A stretch of DNA of 64,000 bases from Proteromonas lacertae. Lineage: Eukaryota. Location: contig NGBS01000872.1 in NCBI GenBank assembly GCA_002245135.1, positions 62,001-126,000 on the forward strand. The letters are read 5' to 3'. The notes under the pieces were generated by a model. It made no database searches and was not told the DNA's origin. It was given only the letters and a program-made list of their open reading frames with translations. Position numbers and translations under genes: made by a program. Positions 56,050 to 64,000 of this stretch are shown in pieces; position 1 is the first letter of the stretch, and every line of letters starts with the position of its first letter.

Positions 56050-56123
56050 AAAAAAGAATTTTGAAGAAAAAGATAATCGACACTCAAGCCAAGTTTTAAA
56101 AATAGAATATTCTTGCAAATTTG

Positions 56124-57102
56124 ATGGTATTAGATGAATTTTATTGATAGAATAGAATAACAAAGTTGTTTAACAAGGAAGCTCTTTCCAAATTTCAAAC
56201 ATTTTTGTTTGACTGTGATGGTGTTTTGTGGTTAGGTAATAATCCAATTGAAGGAGTGGCTGAATCTATTCATAAATTGCAAAATATGAATAAAAAACTG
56301 TTTTTTGTTGTATATAATGAAAAATACAGTATTAATAGACAAATAATTCAAAAAAGTCAAGAGCAGATGTAGTTAATAAACTTAAGAAGTGTGGAATTGA
56401 GACAAATATTGATTCAATAGTAACGTATCCATAGAATATTATCTTATACTAAAATATAGATCTGGTTTTGCAGGAGCAATTTACTTGAAACAAATCAATT
56501 GGATGTATGATGCATATGTCGTAGGAGATAAAGGAGTGCATGATGAACTAAAAGATGTAGGAATAAAAACATATGGTTATGAAGATAATACAAAATTAGG
56601 AGAGTTTTCAGAATTAGAATTAAATGAAAATATAAAAACTGTAATTGTAGGAGTTGATGAATATTTTAATTACTATAAATTAACAAAATCATTAAATTAT
56701 TTGAGAAAGAAAGATACTAAATTAATAGGATTATCACTGTATTTATTCTTGATTTAAACATATAGAACTGGTTTTTATAAGAATTCAGACAAGTTTTTAT
56801 CACCTGGTAGTGGAGCTTTATTAAAATGTATTGAATCAGCAAGTGAACATGAAGCAGATGTTGTTATGGGAAAACCTAGTAGATATATGATGGATATAAT
56901 TTTGAAAGAATATAATTTGAATCCTGAAACAACTATAATGGTTGGAGATAGATTAGATACAGATATAAAATTTGGAATTAATTCTGGTGTATCTACTCTG
57001 CTTACTTTAACAGGAATTACTTCGAAAAATACTCTATTTTCATCTTCTAATCGTATAATTCCAGAATATTACATTGATTCTGTTGCTAATTTATGTGAAT
57101 GA
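56124..57102 (+). CDS. HAD-IIA phosphatase (phosphoglycolate/p-nitrophenyl phosphatase family), copy B
   Basis: FLFDCDGVLW, TNNSKKSR, GKPS, MVGDRLDTDIKFG, TLLTLTGIT; intron 56127-56150 immediately after ATG. Confidence 0.9.
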
Positions 57103-57864
57103 ATTGTTTATATTGTGTTTGTTCTTAGTTTTTTTGAAATGTTTATATAATTGGTTTACCAACATTTCCACACTATAAAAATTTTCTAAGTGTATTTTTT
57201 GTCTTTTTTGTATTTTTTCTCAATAACCATAAGGAATTAAAAAGTAAAATTTTACCATAACATGAATTATATGTTAGAATATATGATAGTGTAGTTAGTT
57301 TCTAAATTACCTAATTTAGGTATCTTATCTCTTTATTGCATATTTATATATATATAGTCATAGCTACTAACATAACATAAACAAAATCTTTTGATTTTCT
57401 TTCTAAGGTTAAAAAAATTAAATACAGTTTGAAGTGTTTTAACCTTAATACAACGTATTCCTTATTTAGGAACTTAAAACCATTGATTTTTTTTTGTTGG
57501 CATCGGACACTAATTTAAAGGGTTGTGGTATAGGCCATTTTTGGATTGAGAGAAATTAATTTTGATGAGTAAATTTGGCTTGTTAGGCGATATTATGTGC
57601 AGATCGTAAAAAGTATTCATATATGGATCAGTTATCAAGTTATTTTCCCTCAATTCCCTGTAGATATGAAGATATTAGCTTTTTTTATATTTACTTGCTC
57701 CCACCTTAGTAGCTGTATTACACTATTTAACAGCATATATAAACATCATAAATATAATAAAAAAATTAAATAACTGTTCTAAATTATTATTGATTCTTAA
57801 ATTTCTCTAAAAATTACTATACAACCTATTGAATATATAAATTAATAATATATACTTTATAAAA

Positions 57865-58960
57865 ATGTCATTTCTAATGCAGAACCAGCATAAGGTAATC
57901 TATTTTATAGAATCATAATCATATACTTTAGTAATGATAGAACTCTATTAAATATCTTCATATTTCATGAATTTAGTGATACAAAAATAGTATTCACTAT
58001 AATATTTATAAATTATATTAAATATTATACTTATAAATGTGAATTGATAGCTCTTTAACCTTGATAGTTATAATACTGATCATAATCTTTAATATTTTTC
58101 ATTCCTCTAACACTATGTCTTACTTTCTTCCCACCTATTTTCCTTACATAACTATTACATGATCGGCAGTAATGCTTGGAAGATACAAAGTTATGATAAT
58201 TCATTAACTTTATCACTCCAGGCATATCTCCAATAAACGAAATACAATACACATTATAAAACTCACTATCAATCTTAATTCCATCTAAAAATAAGTCATT
58301 GAGTTCTTTGCATATTTTGTTTATTTTTTCACTTACATTAGTTACAGTAATAACCTGAATCATATTACTACAATAAAAATTGAGAATTTTGTATGAAAAC
58401 ACATAAACACCATTATTATTTGTACTAAATGGACTATTTTCTACTCCATCAAGGCTTATTACTATATTTTGTCTATTCTGTTTATGTTTATATAGTTATT
58501 ACATTTTTCAATTGATGAACTAATTATTGGAATTTCTTTTATATTTGTCAATAAATAAACTAGACTTTCTTTAATGCTAAGATAATTATCCTTATCTGGA
58601 TTTGGCAAAATATTATCTTTAATTACTTTACTCTTTAATGATTTGAAAGTTCTGCAGCTTATAAGATGAATACTAGATAATTCTTTTAATAGAATTGATG
58701 AATTGACATTTGAAATATAATTCTTTATAAAGAATTTGTATAAATATGACATTAATCTATACTCGTTATTACTTGCATTTTCATCCTCTTCCTCTTCACT
58801 ATCTTCATTATCTTCCACTTCACTATCTTCATCCTCTTCCTCTTTACTATCTTCATTATCTTCCTCTTCACTATCTTCATTATCTTCCTCTTTACTATCT
58901 TCATTATCTTCCTCTTCACTATCTTCATTATCTTCCTCTTCACTATCTTCATTATCTTAG
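57865..58960 (-). pseudogene. Disrupted CMC-type transposase, N-terminal part
   Basis: Acidic linker, DGxxxxPF and GDxPG(x)nCxxC motifs; frameshift near 58462 and stop codons further on. Confidence 0.55.
58776..58958. repeat. 24-bp minisatellite (TCTTCCTCTTYACTATCTTCATTA-like) encoding an acidic linker on the minus strand
   Basis: About seven near-perfect tandem units are directly visible. Confidence 0.9.
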
Positions 58961-61121
58961 TAAAATACTAATCAAAAAATCAATTAAATAAATTCAATTA
59001 CGTTTGTTATTATATTGACAATGTAAAGAATATATTTTACCGATTTATTTTTTTCAATTTACTCAATTAGTTCAATCTATTCACTCGTTATTTTGTATAA
59101 ATTAAACTATGTAAAGTAGATATAACATATAAATAGTTGTAATATAGATGCTTATTCAGTATTTGAACATATTTATTATAATACACATACACAGCATATA
59201 TAACAGATTCAATATATTGTATTGGCTTAGACCAATTAATATTATAAGTTTAATAAAATTATTTACCACTTCTCAAAATCCATTCTAAGTTATATGATGG
59301 TTAAGCGATAAAAATATTACCATACCTTTAATTTTGTTTGTTGTTTAGAAATATATATATAAAATAGTAAAAATTTAAGGACTTGAGAAATTTGTTCATA
59401 TTTTTTTAGACTGCAAGTGCAGCTTTTATTTTATGGTATAATTTAACTTAGTATGTACTGTACTTTAAATTTATATAGTTAGTATTTATATTTCACTTCA
59501 TTCAAAAATACATCAAAAAATAGAATTCTTTGTTTTATAGCTATATATAAAGCAGAATATGAGATCACTAGATATACAAAAAATCTTATCTTAATTTAAT
59601 CTCTAACATAATGAAAAAAACAAAAGAAAAAGGTATAAAAGTCAAATATTGACAAACCAGATCTGAGCCAAGTATTGTAATCCTATTTGCAAAATAAAAT
59701 TCAATGCGAATTATTTTTTATAGTGCAAACAATTATTTTTTAAAATGAATTTTATATGCTTATTCGTTTTTATATGTTTGTATTTTCGATTTACTAATAG
59801 TGAATTTGATCCAAATTTGTCAATATCATTATTTAAAAGTCTTATGAAGGAGGAATATGCAGGATGTGGATTTGGCTTTTCAATATTATATAAATTTGTT
59901 GATGTTATAATGCATTATGATTATGAATCTTAAATTCCACAGAACTGGTTGATGTTGGTTCAAATCTTGGTCAATTTTCATTATTTGTGAATAGTGTAAA
60001 TAATAAAGCAAATATATATACATTTGAGCCATTTGATCCTGTTTACAACGCGCTCTATCTTAAAACTCAAGATATACCAAACATTCATTTGAATCACCTT
60101 CATATGATGGTTATTACCTCTATCAATACACAAATACAAGCACTTTGAGTGATTTTATGAAGAAATCAAATATTGACGATATATACTTTATGAAAATAGA
60201 CACAGAAGGATATGATTAGTATACAAGGCTCAGATCATTAACCGGTTAGAAGTTGAAATTTTTAAAACATACTAGAACAGTGTTCTAGTTTCAAATAAGC
60301 ATTAAAACAAAAAGAACTATTTTTTGCATTTTTTAATTAGAGTTATATATTCATTCTACTTATATAGAGCACTCAACTAATACATATATAAAGCAATTTT
60401 ATTATAAAAACTATTTTCTAATAACAATCTATCGACCTTTAGACCATTATCTCTATTTGTATATAGCAAATGATATTAACTACCTCATTGCTTATAACAA
60501 GACTAATATTACATATTGTGAGTTTTTAAGACTTATACTCCTTTATATTAAAATGAAGATTTAATACTTCAGCAAAACTGTGCTTACATTATTTATATTT
60601 ACTATTATTGTTCTAATAAATTGCATTAAAGCTTAAAGAACAAATTCTGTATCGAATGTAACATCTTCTTTTCAAATATTAGTATTGCAATACAAATATT
60701 GGTATATTATTGACTATATTCCAAAACAAATTTCAAATTTCAACACAAATATACAATTATTAGAATATATATTAAGAAAACATAAAAAATAAAAAAATAA
60801 AAAGACAATAAATACACATAAAATACATGTATTGTCATCTTTTATCAGGCTTGAATATCTGTTTGATTATCTTAAAAATTCTTTTCTCTAATTCTTGTTT
60901 AGATTACTCTATTTCTTATTTATAAAACCCAAAAAACATATTAATTTTAACTCAGTTTGTATTTATTCAATACTTTCAGAAAGTGGTATATAATCTGAAA
61001 CGAAGATATTCTTTACTAATATTTTACTATCCATTATGGAGGAAACAATTCCAAAAAGATAAATTATTATCTCATCAATATAATAAAATATGCAATATTT
61101 TTTTCTATAATTAATACTATT

Positions 61122-61610
61122 TGTTGTGAGCCTTGAGCTAAATGCGCCGTTGAGCGTTAAGAAGACTTTTTTCAATTCAATATTATTTTAAAAGCTTATA
61201 ACAATAGTAGACATCGGGATAAAGGTTTTAAATAGAAAAGGAATACCTACTTATTGCATTTACCTGCTTAAAATTTATTTTGAAAAAACAGGCTTGAATG
61301 AGGCTTGAATTGATTTTTTATTTTTTCGTTTTTAAGTGTCTTAACATCTAAATATGTGTGATTTAATTACTTAAACTAATGTATTTTTAACTCTAGTAGT
61401 GATTGAAGCAAAAAAATTAAAAATAAAATTATAATTGTTTTCAATATGTTGGGATAAAGTTCAAAAAAATATATATCGCAGATGTAGCTTATAAGACAAA
61501 GTAAGATTATATTTGCATATAACTCGCCATCAAACCACACACTATCATTTTAGAATTGAAAAAAGTCTTCTTAACGCACAACGACGCATTTAGCTCAACG
61601 GCTCACAACA
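61122..61610. mobile_element. MITE, 489 bp, ~57-bp TIRs, TGT..ACA ends, 5-bp TSD CTATT
   Basis: 61122-61178 matches the reverse complement of 61553-61610 with 2 mismatches and 1 indel. CTATT lies at 61117-61121 and 61611-61615. Confidence 0.9.
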
Positions 61611-62226
61611 CTATTATATAATTCTTTTGCACTCGATTGATAGTTAGAGTGTTTAGCATAGATTTTTTCTGTAACTTGTTTGACTTTGTGATAAACTTCA
61701 CTACTTTATACGATCTTTCGAAAATTGTAATAGAGAGATGGTTTAAACTACCATTCTCCTTTAAGTACTGTATTAAATGGATTAACGAGTGAGATGGAGG
61801 AGTCATTTTATAGTAACATTCCAAGTTGATCAAATTCTCTATTAATAAGTCTTCAGTCTTTTCTAAATTACAGTTGCTATAGTTGTAAGATAACACTTGG
61901 TTTATAATATCAATGGCATTAAACAACGATCTTATTATTATCTCATCTTCTTTATTTATAAAATTAATAAGAAGTGTTTTATGGTATAATAAAATTGGAA
62001 ATATGTTGCGGAGTATGTAATTTTGTTGAATAGTTGTATATATTCTAATATTTCTTACGTTCATTTCTTTATATATATCTGAAGTAACAGAATAAATATA
62101 TCTAAAATTCTCTTCTATATAATACTTATGTAATGTAATAATTAAATCTTCATAAAATATTGACAAGGAATTGTTAAGTGTGTGCATAGAATCATATCCT
62201 ATTATGTGAACTGAAAAATAGTCCAA
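61611..62226 (-). pseudogene. CMC/En-Spm-like transposase C-terminal fragment, truncated by the MITE
   Basis: TPPSHSLIHLIQYLKENGSLNHLSITIFERSY resembles the H-x2-x-HL...G...FER motif of CACTA-type transposases. Confidence 0.6.
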
Positions 62227-62868
62227 TTTAAAGAATTCACTAACACTTTTGTTAAATAAATCTGTTACTTCAGAAGAAGGTATTTTTTATATATAATATT
62301 TTTATAGATTGGAAGTAATTAAGTAATATTTAATGCTTTTTTATATTCAGCTAGTGGTATTTTTTAAAAATTCTATATATCTCCTTAATTAGCAGGAATT
62401 TGAAAAGAATTACGATATAATACTATATGATTATGTCTTCTTGAGCCAATAAGACTATAAAATCGAATTACATCTCTTGACATGAAGACTCAATCAAAAA
62501 AAATACTAAAAAAACAAAAAAAAATAATAGTAGACAACTAATTAAAGATAGAAAAATAAAATATCTCTATTTTGAATATCATAGTGCATGGAGAACTGCT
62601 GATCCAACTCTTGATATAGAAGATATATACAACATTCTTGTAGATGGTGGATATAATGTATATATTGAATATAGTAGTGTTATTTATGTAAGTCAGATGT
62701 TTTTAAAATATATGACAATGCCTGATGATAAGTTTTGTGTTAATTTTCTAGCAATTAGAAAAGGAAGTGTTCATGAGAGAGATATTATGAGAAGATTATG
62801 TCCAAAATGTCGATATTAATATAATTTATTATATTTTAATATATAATTATGTTAATTTATACTAATCT

Positions 62869-63051
62869 TTAATTATAAGATAATTCACTACTTCTATGGG
62901 TTTCTGGTATTTTAGCTTCTAATTTAAAACTAATATTACTAGTTCTCTTTTTATAACTTAGTTTTTCACAAGAAGAAATAACATCACGATTGAAATCATT
63001 TCCAGTTATTCGAATGTAGTTAATACTGTCATTATAGTACAAAACTATTCC

Positions 63052-63094
<43 letters not shown>

Positions 63095-64000
63095 TACATC
63101 TAACAATATCTTCAACATCTTTTTTACTATAATTATTCCATGAAATATCGATATAATACAAATACTTAGTAGATCTAATTAAATCACAAATCATATTAAC
63201 AGATTTACCAGTAAAATTATTATGTCCAACTGAAAATTCTCTTAAACAATGATTTGTTTTTATTCCTTCTATTAAATACTGTAAACCAATATCAGTAATT
63301 TTATTGACATTTAAAGTCAACGTAACTAATGAGCAATCAGTTCTTTTCAACCATTTGCTAAACACTTTACACGTTTCGTCACCAAGTTCATTGGATGTTA
63401 AATCAATAATAGAAAGATTTGAATTAAATAAATACTATTTATTTAGAATATAATTATTATACTTCAAAATATGTTGCTATACTATCAGTCAAACCATTAA
63501 AACAACATTGTAATTCTCTCATAATTTGATTTGATTTTACTGAAGATATAATTTCAGCAACATCAAATACATTCACATTATTCTTACACAATAATAAACT
63601 TTCACATAAATAATTTGATTCGATATATTTAGCTAAACCAGGAATATTATAATAAGTCAAGTCTTCATAAGCTAAATCAATAATATACGATAATTCATCA
63701 TTTCCTATTATATCAGATAAATCTCTCTGACTATCTATTGATATTCTTTTTTCACAATCTGTTTTATTCTTTGAATTGTGTAATTGCTTATATTTTTCTA
63801 TTTGAGATTTTAATTCTTTACTATATCCTTCAGCATATCTTATTCTTGTAGCTTCTTCTTTTAAAGCTTTATCTCTTTCAGTTACTATTTGATTTACCTC
63901 TATTGTGTATGTTTCATTCATTTGTTTGACTAATTCGTGATATTCTAATTCATTTCTATATTCATTGTTATTATTAATAATTAAATTATATTATACTGTT
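62869..64000 (-). CDS. Leucine-rich repeat (RI-like) protein, 3' part (5' end beyond window)
   Basis: LLLCKNNV, LTLNVNKITDIGLQYL, LREFSVGHNNFT, YIDISWNN; several short introns, one containing an (AAT)n tract. Confidence 0.75.

Larger units (their letters stand above)
57171..59725 (-). mobile_element. Defective CACTA/En-Spm (CMC)-like DNA transposon
   Basis: Termini CACTATAAAAA (57171) and TTTTTATAGTG (ending 59725) with CA on both flanks. Encloses broken minus-strand transposase-like frames (ISLDGVENSPF, GDMPG...YCRSC). Confidence 0.6.
59745..62819 (+). pseudogene. FkbM-family methyltransferase split by a ~2.3 kb insertion (5' part 59745-~60230, 3' part 62532-62819)
   Basis: 5' part has a signal-like start, VDVGSNLGQFS, YTFEP and KIDTEGYD, with frameshifts. 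3' part is the open frame RQLIKDRKIKYLYFEYHSAW...CPKCRY*. Confidence 0.75.

Noticed and set aside
58736..58991. Repeat array as CRISPR, or as poly-Ser/His/Lys ORFs
   Set aside because: Contiguous minisatellite without spacers in a eukaryotic context; the alternative frames are by-products.
59660..60236. 10-bp inverted match GATCTGAGCC/GGCTCAGATC around the FkbM 5' half
   Set aside because: Short, with no convincing TSD; may be a subterminal motif or chance.
60235..62530. Helitron interpretation of the FkbM insertion (A|TC...TAG|T)
   Set aside because: No CTRR end, 3' hairpin or Rep/helicase sequence seen.

Overview
Very AT-rich eukaryotic (protist) nuclear DNA, gene-dense, with tiny GT-AG introns (about 24-41 nt where I could place them) and ordinary genomic stop codons. 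The intron size, GT-rich 3' flanks and PA14/He_PIG surface proteins resemble Blastocystis-like stramenopiles (inference, not verified). Genes in order: CLPTM1-like 3' end, PFKFB, a Ser/Pro/Arg-rich hypothetical, RRN3, a glycosyltransferase-like gene, a ~24 kb giant coiled-coil gene (~8,000 aa, large internal duplications, two +1 frame breaks, C-terminal dynein-MTBD-like domain), two tandem PA14/Ig-like surface-protein paralogues, a membrane hypothetical, a pseudokinase-armadillo gene, organellar EngA/Der, RAD9, an SPFH protein and two divergent HAD-IIA phosphatases. Next is a ~5.6 kb transposon zone: a CACTA-like element, then an FkbM methyltransferase split by a second transposase relic that itself carries a TGT..ACA MITE. 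The window ends in the 3' part of an LRR gene. All family calls come from motif recognition by eye; no searches were run.
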